NCBI RefSeq assembly: GCF_006345805.1 | Contig: NW_021836702.1 | Span: 1 to 23,195, forward strand | Direction: 5' to 3' | DNA length: 23,195 nucleotides | From: Octopus sinensis | Lineage: Eukaryota | In this document: positions 9,018-18,065 of the stretch, in pieces | Layout of the letters: the number at the start of each line of letters is the position of its first letter | Numbering within the stretch: the first letter of the stretch is position 1 | Position numbers and translations under genes: made by a program | The notes under the pieces: model-generated | Databases searched by the model: none | What the model saw: the letters and a program-made list of their open reading frames with translations, nothing else | What the model was told of the DNA's origin: nothing

Positions 9018-9395
9018 ACAAAATCAAAAGCAAACTCGATGAACATTAATGGAATTTGTAGTTTTGTGGTACCAGTACCGGTGGCACATACGACAACCAT
9101 CCGAACGTGGCCGTAGCCAGTACCGCATTGACTGGCCTCCGTGCCAGTGGCACGTAAAAAACACCATCCTTGTGTGGCCGTTTGCCAGCTCTGTCCGGCA
9201 CCTGTGCGGGTGGCACATAAAATCACCCACTACACTCACGGAGTGGTTGGCGTTAGGAAGGGCATCCAGCCGTAGAAACACTGCCAGATCTGACTGGGCC
9301 TGGTGCAGCCTTCGGGCTTCCCAGACCCCAGTTGAACCGTCCAACCCATGCTAGCATGGAAAGCGGACGCTAAACGATGATGATGATGATGATGA
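9018..9395 (+). mobile_element. Family E element, three internal subunits
   Basis: Head CAAAATCAAAAGC...ATTAATGGAATTTGTAG, three GGCAC(A/G)TA subunits, common 3' block and (GAT)n tail. Confidence 0.85.
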
Positions 9396-9624
9396 CCACC
9401 TACTAGGGAATATAATACAATATAATACATTGGGAGACAGTGCAAAGATATGATATAAAAATATTCGGGTGAGGTATATGAAGAATTAAAAGAAATTAAT
9501 GGTGAAAGACAAAAAAAAGGATGCTGAATTCAAGAATTCCAAGAGTAAGAAGAAGAAGAACGTGAATGAATCCACGCAATGAAGTACAACATTATTGATA
9601 ACATTAACCGTTTCTAAGACGGGT

Positions 9625-9850
9625 ATCAGGCCAGAAATTTTGTAGAGGGGTAGAGGGGAATTAGTCAATTAAATATTGACCCCCAGCTCATCACTGGTAC
9701 TTTATTTCATCGAACCCCCCACACCCACACGGAGGGCGAAAGGCAAAGTTGACCTCATCAGTGTGATTTGAACTCTGACCCATAAACAGCTGAAAGAGAT
9801 ATATATTGCAATGCAGGTTTCTTTGATGTACTAATGATTCTGTTGATCCA
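9625..9850 (-). mobile_element. Old tRNA-derived SINE related to the 1472-2443 family
   Basis: ACTGGTACTTTATTTCATCGAACCCC and AAAGGCAAAGTTGACCTC...ATTTGAACTC motifs, diverged. Confidence 0.65.
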
Positions 9851-9885
9851 CTGACCTTTCTCAAAGCAATAATAATAACAACAAC

Positions 9886-9938
<53 letters not shown>

Positions 9939-9944
9939 CAATGA

Positions 9945-9990
<46 letters not shown>

Positions 9991-10179
9991 TAATCAGATT
10001 GTTCATTTTTTTCTGTTACATAACTTGATTTTGTATATGTACACTCTGGTGTGTTTATTTTAATGGCCTACCAATGTTGTATACAATGAGTTTTCGGCAA
10101 GAAATGGAAACAAAATTTCAAGAAGAAAAGTAATAATAACAACAACAACAATAACAACAGCAACACGGTCAAAAAAAAA

Positions 10180-10384
10180 AAAAACTGCTCTTTTGGGGAC
10201 AGTGAGGAATTTGAGATTGGTTCTTGGGTGTTTAGTATCTTCCATGGTACTTAGCATCAAGGTACCAAGTCTTACAGTTTGCAGAAAGAGACCCTGTGAA
10301 ACATTTGGCAACAGGTTGCTAGCGTCTGCTCTCACAGAATTAACCAGAGCAAGGGAGATTGAGAGCTCTGAGAAGTAAAATGAT

Positions 10385-10390
<6 letters not shown>
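10180..10390 (+). mobile_element. 3' end of an R4/Dong-like non-LTR element ending in (AAT)n
   Basis: KTALLGTVRNLRLVL at 10181-10225 resembles the conserved RLE-LINE C-terminus (Q)KTALLGTARILRKVL. Bracketed by AAT/AAC tracts. Confidence 0.55.
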
Positions 10391-10429
<39 letters not shown>

Positions 10430-10874
10430 TATTCTGATCAATACCACAGATTTGCTTGTCAGTTGTTTGACCATAACCAGTTGAGCATGTCCCTTAGTGG
10501 CTGACGAAATGTGCATCTCTGATCACGAGCAGAAGTAGTGGGGGAGCATCATAGCCATGTGTTGAGAGGGATTCTTTGGGGTTTGAATAGTTCACCTCTG
10601 GAAACATGGGTGGTTCTTTCAACATCCTTAAACAACCCTTATTCAGGGACCTTTTGAGTGGGATGGGCTACTCAACCTGAAGAAAATTCTAACTGGGCCC
10701 CACCTGCAAGGTCATGTGCTGTTTATCTTCATATGAGATCACCATGTCACGCACATATGGTTGTGATGCATGTGCCTGGTGTACCCTTATCAGACGGGTC
10801 GTCATGATGGGTATATTGGGCTTCGTATATTTTACCCCAGTGTCACTTTGATGGCATGAACTGCTCTCTCACTC

Positions 10875-10910
<36 letters not shown>
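10430..10910 (+). mobile_element. Family C (AAT)n-tailed repeat, 5'-truncated
   Basis: High similarity to 11030-11475; AAT tracts on both sides. Confidence 0.85.
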
Positions 10911-10911
<1 letters not shown>

Positions 10912-10921
10912 GCTCTGATGC

Positions 10922-11472
10922 ATCACCAGGAAGTGGCTCTCGTGGCTTCTGATCTTAACTGATTGGAAGGAAGCGTTATCATGTACATTTGTCTTTTGTC
11001 TTGGTATACAAGATGGGCTACAGCAAATATTCTGCTCAATACCACAGATTTGCTTGTCAGTTGTTTGACCTTAACCAGTTGATCATGTCCCTTGGTGGCT
11101 GACAATATGTGCATCTCTGATCACGAGCAGAAGTAGTGGGGGAGCATCATAGCCATATGTTGAGAGGGATTCTTTGGGGTTTGAATAATTCACCTCTGGA
11201 AACATGGGTGGTTCTTTCAACATCCTTAAACAACCCTTATTCAGGGACCTTTTGAGCAGGATGGACTACTCAACATGAAGAATATTCTAAATGGGCCCCA
11301 CCTGCAAGGTCATGCACTGTTTATCTCGATATGAGATCACGATGTCACGCCCACATGGTTGTGATGCATGTGCCTGGTGTACCCTTATCAGACAAGTAGC
11401 CATGATGGTTATACTAGGCTTCATATATTTTACCCCGGAATCACTTTGATTGCATGCACTGCTCTCTCACTC

Positions 11473-11525
<53 letters not shown>

Positions 11526-11540
11526 TAATAATAATAATGG
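10922..11540 (+). mobile_element. Family C (AAT)n-tailed repeat, longer copy
   Basis: Directly follows the previous copy; ends CTCTCTCACTC(AAT)n. A further diverged fragment lies at about 22170-22337. Confidence 0.85.
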
Positions 11541-11551
11541 TATCAAATTCT

Positions 11552-11750
11552 AGCAGAAGGCCCACAAGTTCAAAGAGAAGTAAGCCAATTACATCGCCCC
11601 CAGTCCTTAACTGGTACTTACTTTATTAACCCCAGAAGGATGAGAGGTGAAGTTGACCTTGGCAGGATTTGAACCCAAAACATAAAGACATACAAAATGC
11701 TGGTAAGCACGTTGCCCAGAATGCTAACGATTCTGCCAGCTGACCACCTA
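11552..11750 (-). mobile_element. tRNA-derived SINE between (AAT)n tracts
   Basis: TTACATCGCCCCCAGT...CTGGTACTT...GTTGACCTTGGCAGGATTTGAAC...GCTAACGATTCTGCCAGCT; head at the right end. Confidence 0.75.
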
Positions 11751-11779
11751 TTAAGAATAATGATGATAATAATAATAAC

Positions 11780-11877
<98 letters not shown>

Positions 11878-11899
11878 TAATTATATTAATAATAATAAT

Positions 11900-12105
11900 A
11901 ACGGTTTCAAATTTTGCCACAAGAGCAGTCATTTTTGGGGAGGGGATAAGTCGATTAGATTGACCCCCAGTGTTTCACTGGTACTTAATTTATCGACAGC
12001 CAAAAGGATGAAAAGAAAGGTTGACCTTGGCAGAATTTGAACTCAGAACGGGTGAAATACCGCTAAGCATTTTGCCCGGCATGCTAACAATTCAGCCAGT
12101 TTGCT
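11900..12105 (-). mobile_element. tRNA-derived SINE between (AAT)n tracts
   Basis: TTTTGCCACAAG...AGTCGATTAGATTGACCCCCAGT...GAATTTGAACTCAGAAC...GCATTTTGCCCGGCATGCTAAC. Confidence 0.8.
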
Positions 12106-12203
12106 GATTTTAACAATAATAATAATAATAGTGTGGAAGGTGTTTATAAGCCATTTAAGAAACACACAAAAGCCGTTCGATTCACTTCAACATTTAAGTT
12201 TAA

Positions 12204-12253
12204 TTTGTCAAAATATTTTCGTCGCTAAAATCCGCGACCTGTTCACTGACAAA
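12204..12253 (-). ncRNA. Mirror copy of the hammerhead-like motif, sense to the kinase transcript
   Basis: Exact reverse complement of 12271-12320 because it lies in the left arm of the palindrome. Confidence 0.6.
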
Positions 12254-12270
12254 GTCCGTGCTGCACGGAC

Positions 12271-12320
12271 TTTGTCAGTGAACAGGTCGCGGATTTTAGC
12301 GACGAAAATATTTTGACAAA
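12271..12320 (+). ncRNA. Minimal type-I hammerhead-ribozyme-like motif with G3-C8 swapped core
   Basis: Stem I TTTGTCA(12271-12277)/TGACAAA(12314-12320); core GTGAACA plus extra G; stem II GTCGC-GGATTTTA-GCGAC; GAA; stem III AATATT (self-complementary, 12307-12312); position 17 = T12313. Confidence 0.6.
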
Positions 12321-12489
12321 TTAAACTTAAATGTTGAAGTGAATCGAACGGCTTTTGTGTGTTTCTTAAATGGCTTATAAACACCTTCCACGCTGCAATT
12401 GTTTTCGTTTCAGCACACGATCTCAGATCAAATTACTTGCTATGCGAGTACATCTCCGTAAATAATAATAGTAATAATGATAATAATAA

Positions 12490-12690
12490 TGCTTTTCAAT
12501 GTTTTAGCATAATGCTAACAATGTTGAGGGGGGAGAAAAAGCTGATTACATCGACCCCAGTGCTTGACTGGTTCATGTTTTAATGACTCTAAAAGGATAA
12601 AAAAATACAGTTGACCTTGGTAGAGTTTGAACTTGGAATGTAAAGAGTCAGAATTAATGCTACTAAGCACTAACAAACTTGCCAACGCAT
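12490..12690 (-). mobile_element. Old tRNA-derived SINE between (AAT)n tracts
   Basis: GATTACATCGACCCCAGTGCTTGACTGG...GTTGACCTTGGTAGAGTTTGAACT, diverged. Confidence 0.65.
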
Positions 12691-12814
12691 TGCATTTACC
12701 AATAATAATAATAATAATAATAATGATAATAATAATTATGACAAAACAATAGACTTAGATGAATGCTGGTAGTGAAAAATATGCTGTCGGGTGTGGGGTT
12801 CAGACCGGACTTAC

Positions 12815-12943
12815 CTTTAGTGTCTCATACAAGCGTATGATGTTGGGGTGACGTAATTGGCCCAAAATCCGGGCCTCGCGATGTAAGTTGGTCCGCATAT
12901 ACTCCTCTTTCAATTTCCTTGTATCAATGATTTTTATTGCCAC
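12815..12943 (-). CDS. Internal exon of a CAMK-group, AMPK-related Ser/Thr protein kinase (HUNK/MARK-like); beta3-alphaC-beta4 region
   Basis: 43 codons VAIKIIDTRKLKEEYMRTNLHREARILGQLRHPNIIRLYETLK: catalytic VAIK lysine, alphaC glutamate (HRE), HPNII motif. Acceptor CAG| at 12946-12944, donor AAG|GTAAGT at 12814-12809, phase 0/0. The Y..NL.RE spacing resembles HUNK; orthology not established. Confidence 0.93.
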
Positions 12944-13059
12944 CTGCATGTCGATGTTGTTGTTGTCGTTGTCGTTGTCGGTTTTCAAGGTGATTGATGA
13001 ACGAGAAAAGACAAGAACAAATTTTAATATATAAACATGAGCAGATGTTTAAACATTTT

Positions 13060-13148
13060 AACAAATATATATGAGTGTATATATGCATGTGTGTGCATAA
13101 TATATATGTATATATATGTGTGTGTGTATATATATATATATGTGTGTG

Positions 13149-13179
<31 letters not shown>

Positions 13180-13350
13180 ATGTATATATATATATATATA
13201 TATACTGTTACATTTGAAGAAAAGAATACATGAATAGAAATAAATATATGTGTGTGCATGTGTGTGTATATGTATATATATATATATGTGTGTGTGTGTA
13301 TGTATGTATGTTTGTATGTATGTATGTATGTATGTATGTATGTACACATA
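13060..13350. repeat. Compound (TA)/(TG)/(TATG) microsatellite
   Basis: Direct reading. Confidence 0.95.
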
Positions 13351-13514
13351 TCTGAAAATCTGATTCTTACCACTTTACCAACCTCAATCTCCCTTGAGCA
13401 GTACTGCTTAAAATCCTACTTTTCTTATTCATCTTGGAAGAACTATTAGAGTGGAAACCGGTTGGAATGTAAAGTAAAATTTTCTAATATATCTAAATGA
13501 ATTACTACGAGTTT

Positions 13515-14001
13515 TCGGTGATTCGTGCTAGCGGGGTGCAAAGAGCACCATACGATTGTGATCGTTGACAGAGCAGCTATTCAAGTATGACCGCTACCCA
13601 CTACACCTTACTGGCATTTATGCCTGTGCTAGTAGGGTGCAAAGAGCACCATCCGAGCATGATCATTGCCAGAGCAGCCAACTGGCTTCCGTACCCATGG
13701 CACGTAAAAGGGCACCATTCGAGCTTGATTGTTACCAACATCGCTTCACTGGTACGTGTAAAAAGATTCGAGCGGGGTCATTGCCAGTGCTGCCTCACTG
13801 GCCCCCATGTCGGTGGCACGTTAAAAGCACCCACTACACTCTCGGAGTGGTTGGTGTTAGGAAGGGCATCCAGCTGTAGAAACTCTGCCAGATCAAGATT
13901 GGTGCCTGGTGCAGCCATCTGGTTCACCAGCCCTCAGTCAAAATCGTTCAACCCATGCTAGCAAGGAAAGCAGACGTTAAACAATGATGATGATGATGAT
14001 G
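13515..14001 (+). mobile_element. Family E-related element (different subunit set), (GAT)n tail
   Basis: Repeated GTGCAAAGAGCACCAT/GGCACGTAAAAG subunits, then the common 3' block and GAT tail. Confidence 0.8.
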
Positions 14002-14399
14002 AAATCTTTCTAAAAGCATTACAACAATTGTTTTAACTTTGTCAATTTTCATAAAGTTTCCTCCATACACACACACACACTTACAGTGTAGTGAAGAAGT
14101 TTGCTTCAGAATTGTGTACTTTCCAGCTCAGTCGCATTACCCAACACATCAGGCAAGTATGGAAGTATTTCCTGCTATGGTCCTGGGCCCATCAACGCTT
14201 TGCAAATAAATTATGATAGAAACTGTGTGGAAGACTGTCATATGCGTGTATGCATGTGTGAGCCTGCTTTTGCTTATCCCTGCCACCGAACACACACGGA
14301 AATACTGGGGGAGAATTTTCTCAAGTAAACCATCCAAGGTAGTGCCAAAGGATGGCCCCAGCCAATAACCACAACAATCAAAAGAATAAGAGACTCAGA

Positions 14400-14577
14400 T
14401 GAATGCTGGAGCACTGCCTTTAGTTGAAACGAATCACCCCCGGGAGCTTATTCTTTGTAAGCCTAGTACTTATTCTATCAGTCTCTTTTGCTGAACCGCT
14501 AAGTTATGGGGATGTAAACACACCAACATCAGTTGTCAAGTAATGGTCTGTGGGGAAACACAGACACACAAATACAT
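14400..14577 (-). mobile_element. SINE 3' body (4363-4780 family)
   Basis: Reverse complement of the body: GCTGGAGCAC.GCCTTTAGT...CTTATTCTTTGTAAGCCTAGTACTTATTCTATC. Confidence 0.75.
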
Positions 14578-14578
14578 A

Positions 14579-14732
14579 CATCATCATCATCTTCATTTAA
14601 CGTCTGCTTTCCATGCATGGGTTGGATGATTTCACTGAGGTCTGGCGAACCAGATGGCTGCACCAGACTCCAATCTGATCTGGCAGAGTTTCTATAGCTG
14701 GATGCCCTTCCTAACGCCAACCACTACGAGAG
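14579..14732 (-). mobile_element. Family E 3' fragment
   Basis: (CAT)n then reverse complement of the common 3' block (GGATGCCCTTCCTAACGCCAACCAC). Confidence 0.8.
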
Positions 14733-14751
14733 TATACATATATATATACAT

Positions 14752-14821
<70 letters not shown>

Positions 14822-14840
14822 GGAGATGATGTACAGGTAT

Positions 14841-15045
14841 TATATATTAGAAGAAATGAGGTAATCAGAAGATCGGATGGTTCATATTTACAGATATTTA
14901 TTTATATATTACATTTTTTACATATATATATCATATCATTCAGATCATATCATCTGAATGATATGATATATATATGTAAAAAAATGTAATATATAAATAA
15001 ATATCTGTAAATATGAACCATCCGATCTTCTGATTACCTCATTTC

Positions 15046-15057
<12 letters not shown>
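14841..15057. repeat. 217-bp near-perfect palindrome inside (TA)n
   Basis: Arms 14841-14945 and 14952-15057 differ only by one base in a T6/A7 run; 6-nt centre CATATC. Confidence 0.95.
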
Positions 15058-15092
<35 letters not shown>

Positions 15093-15244
15093 CAAAATGG
15101 GACAAGAACGCAAAACATCCAGAATATTGAAAATGAATATCACAGCTTGTATTACAATGACAATCATTTTCAACAGTGATGTGATGTCAAGACCAGGGAG
15201 TCACAAACACCAACACACTCATGCACACATTCATAGGCAAATGG

Positions 15245-15475
15245 ATGTACATACATATAACAGGCTTCCTTCAGTTTCCATCCACCAAACCCACTTACAA
15301 GGCTCGCATCAGCCTATGGCTATGGTAGAAGACACTTGATCAAGAAGCCACTTGCCCAAGGTGTGACTTGCCCAAGATGCTAATTGCCCAAGGTGCCAAG
15401 TGAGACTGAACTTGGAACCATGTAATTAGGAAATAAACTTCTTCCTATACAGCCATGCTTGCACCTATAACCATG
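15245..15475 (-). mobile_element. SINE head (4363-4780 family) with triplicated TTGCCCAAG motif
   Basis: ACAGGCTTCCTTCAGTTTCC...GAAGACACTTG, three TTGCCCAAG at about 15352, 15369 and 15385, GGAACCATGT. Confidence 0.7.
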
Positions 15476-15735
15476 TATATGTGTATGCACGTGCACGCAT
15501 GTGTGTGTGTGTGTGTGCATATGCGTGTGCTTGTATATATGTATATACATTTATATATGTTTCATGTTATGCTAAGAAGCAGTGCACAGTATGCTTTAAC
15601 TGAGAAAAGTTTACGTAATGGGTGCATTTACTATTATATTACGCTAGCCTGAGATGTGCATACTAAACGATTTCAAAATATCACTATTTGGTCTGAGTTC
15701 ACAATTACATACATGCCTACATTATATATATATAC

Positions 15736-15766
<31 letters not shown>

Positions 15767-15971
15767 GTGTTAAGGTAAGATCCAAGGATCAAGGTATAGG
15801 AAGACAGTAAGCTTTGAGCAGTCTGTAGAGGGTATAAAACAACTTCCAGGAACAACAGTGATTTAGTGACATAAAAGATTGTAAATTTTCCCTGTTTCAA
15901 AGTTCGATACGAGGAAAAAATTGTTTTATAGGTTATGGTTAGCAGTAGGGGTTGGTGTGTATACGAACAGA

Positions 15972-16192
15972 AATCCAAAATTAGGGAACAGAGTAGACAA
16001 AATCCAAGCTACGGATGTTTCATAACTAGCAGGACCTCAGAAGTAATAACAATACAAATGAGGGCTAACCTGCTAGCCTGACAGGTAACTAGCAGATGAA
16101 CCCGCATTCGGATAATTACTACTTCCGAGGGTCTGTTAGCTATGAAATATATGTAGCTTGGATTTTTATCCACTCCATTTCTTAATTTGGGA
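15972..16192. repeat. ~220-bp imperfect palindrome centred near 16081-16083
   Basis: AAAATCCAAGCTAC (15999-16012)/GTAGCTTGGATTTT (16153-16166); 26/33 match in the next arm segment; CTGCTAG/CTAGCAG; central CCTG-A-CAGG. Confidence 0.8.
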
Positions 16193-16214
16193 TATATATG
16201 TACGTGTATGTATA

Positions 16215-16428
16215 TCAGGACGCCATGATAGATCGTTAGCTCCTACACGCAATTTTTTCTCTCCTTGTTTCTCTCCTTGTTTTTTTCTTTGTATGTTTCT
16301 GTCGAAGAGCGTAGGCTCGAAACGTAAAAGACTTGTTCTATTTCTATTCCTGAGCGCCATACTAATACAATTGTTTGTTTGTACTCCACCTGCCGTCGTC
16401 TTTTGTTTATTTTCGTAAACCTTCCCGT
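16215..16428 (+). mobile_element. Penelope-like element terminus (copy 2)
   Basis: Homologous to 8055-8240; contains the hammerhead-like motif; ends in (TA)n. Confidence 0.55.
16293..16332 (+). ncRNA. Minimal hammerhead-like motif, weakened stem I
   Basis: Core CTGTCGA plus A (16299-16306), stem II GAGC/GCTC, GAA, ACGT (16322-16325), position 17 = A16326. Stem I ATGTTT/AAAGAC has two mismatches. Confidence 0.45.
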
Positions 16429-16429
16429 T

Positions 16430-16700
16430 ATATATATACATATATATATGTATATATATATATGTATGTATGTATATTTGTATATATATATATATATGTA
16501 TGTATATTTGTATATATATATATATATATGTATGTATATTTGTATATATATATATGTATGTATATTTGTATATATATATATATGTATGTATATTTTTATA
16601 TATATATATATATATGTATGTATATTTGTATATATATATATGTATGTATATTTGTATGTATATATATATGTATGTATGTATATATATATATATATGTATG

Positions 16701-16733
<33 letters not shown>

Positions 16734-16997
16734 GTATGTATGTATATATATATGTATGTATGTATGTGTTATATATATATGTATGTATGTATGTATATAT
16801 ATATGTATGTATGTATATATATATATATATGTATGTATGTATATATATATGTATGTATGTATATATATATATATATGTATGTATGTATGTATATATATAT
16901 ATATGTATGTATATATATATATATGTATGTATGTATATATATATGTATGTATGTATATATATATGTATGTATGTATATATATGTATGTATGTATATA

Positions 16998-17029
<32 letters not shown>

Positions 17030-17090
17030 CATACATACATATATATGTGTACATATGTATATATGTGTGTATATATAAATATGTAAATAA
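16430..17090. repeat. 660-bp (TA)n/(TATG)n compound microsatellite
   Basis: Direct reading; source of the 150-265 aa Y/I/M/C/V ORFs. Confidence 0.97.
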
Positions 17091-17091
17091 A

Positions 17092-17184
17092 ATTTTTTCG
17101 TAATGAGATGAAAAACCAAGGCTGTGTAAATTAAATGTTCTAAAATCTACACACCCTTGGATTTTTATCTCATTACAAAAAAAT
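17092..17184. repeat. 93-bp hairpin, ~41-bp arms, ~11-nt loop
   Basis: TAATGAGATGAAAAACCAAGGCTGTGTAAATT vs reverse complement of the right arm TAATGAGATAAAAATCCAAGGGTGTGTAGATT (28/32), extendable through the T/A runs. Confidence 0.8.
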
Positions 17185-17370
17185 CTTTTATATAAACACG
17201 CTGATATATGACCTGAGTTGGACCCTTTATTCTCATAATCACTGAATCTGGAACTTAACTATGGTTTATCCATAGCACTTATTCAGCATTACTTGACACC
17301 TTTGGGTCACACTGCTCACCATTACCTCTCATAACCTCCATTTCTCGCTATATTTATATATACATATATA

Positions 17371-17399
<29 letters not shown>

Positions 17400-17431
<32 letters not shown>

Positions 17432-17841
17432 TTAGCATCCGCTTTCCATGGGTTGGACGGTTCAACAGGGGTCTGGGAAGCCAGAAGGCTGCACCAGGCC
17501 CAGTCTGATCTGGCAGTGTTTCTACAGCTGGATGCCCTTCCTAACGCCAACCTCTCCGTGATTGTAGTGGGTGCTTTTTACGTGCCACCGGCACAGGTGC
17601 CAGATGGGGCTGGCAAACGGCCACGGTCGGATGGTGCCTTTTACGTGCCACTGGCACAGGGACCGGGCGAGGCTGGTAAACGGCCATGGTCGGAAGGTGC
17701 TTTTTACGTGCCACCGGCACGGATGTCCGTCGGGGTGGTACTGACAACAGCCACGTTCGGATGGTTCACTTACGTGCCACCGGCACTGGTATCACAGCTA
17801 CAATTTCCATTGATGTTGATCAATTTTGATTTTGATTTGAT
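17400..17841 (-). mobile_element. Full-length family E element, four subunits
   Basis: (CAT)n tail at left, four TTACGTGCC subunits, head GATGTTGATCAATTTTGATTTTGAT at right. Confidence 0.9.
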
Positions 17842-18065
17842 GTAATGGTTGCCTTGTTCAATTAAATGGAATCACTTGAAGCAATCGTACGGCATTACTC
17901 CTGGATATCCCATTGCTTATTTTGATTTTAATCACCTTATTTTGAAACTGTATTGCTAATAGCGTACTAAATTCTGGTGCTTCAACTTAAGGACCTAATC
18001 CAGCTGAATCTATATAGAATCTATATATTCTGTTGGAGAGTGATTGAGGAGTGATCTATGATACA

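Larger units (their letters stand above)
12130..12394. repeat. 265-bp palindrome, 129-bp perfect arms, 1-nt centre (T12262); inverted duplication of a Penelope-like terminus
   Basis: 12133-12261 is the exact reverse complement of 12263-12391 (checked base by base). Non-palindromic sequence continues 12395-12460 before the next AAT tract. Confidence 0.95.

Noticed and set aside
9499-9582. Short Lys-rich ORF MVKDKKKDAEFKNSKSKKKKNVNESTQ
   Set aside because: 27 codons in purine-rich low-complexity DNA; expected by chance.
11618-11963. Poly-Ile/Asn ORFs, also 9758-10006 and 11368-11553
   Set aside because: (AAT)n translation.
16243-17119. Long overlapping Y/I/M/C/V/H/T ORFs (up to 265 aa), likewise at 6986-7768, 12924-13449 and 22559-23027
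   Set aside because: Translations of (TA)/(TG)/(TATG) microsatellites, which lack stop codons in several frames on both strands.
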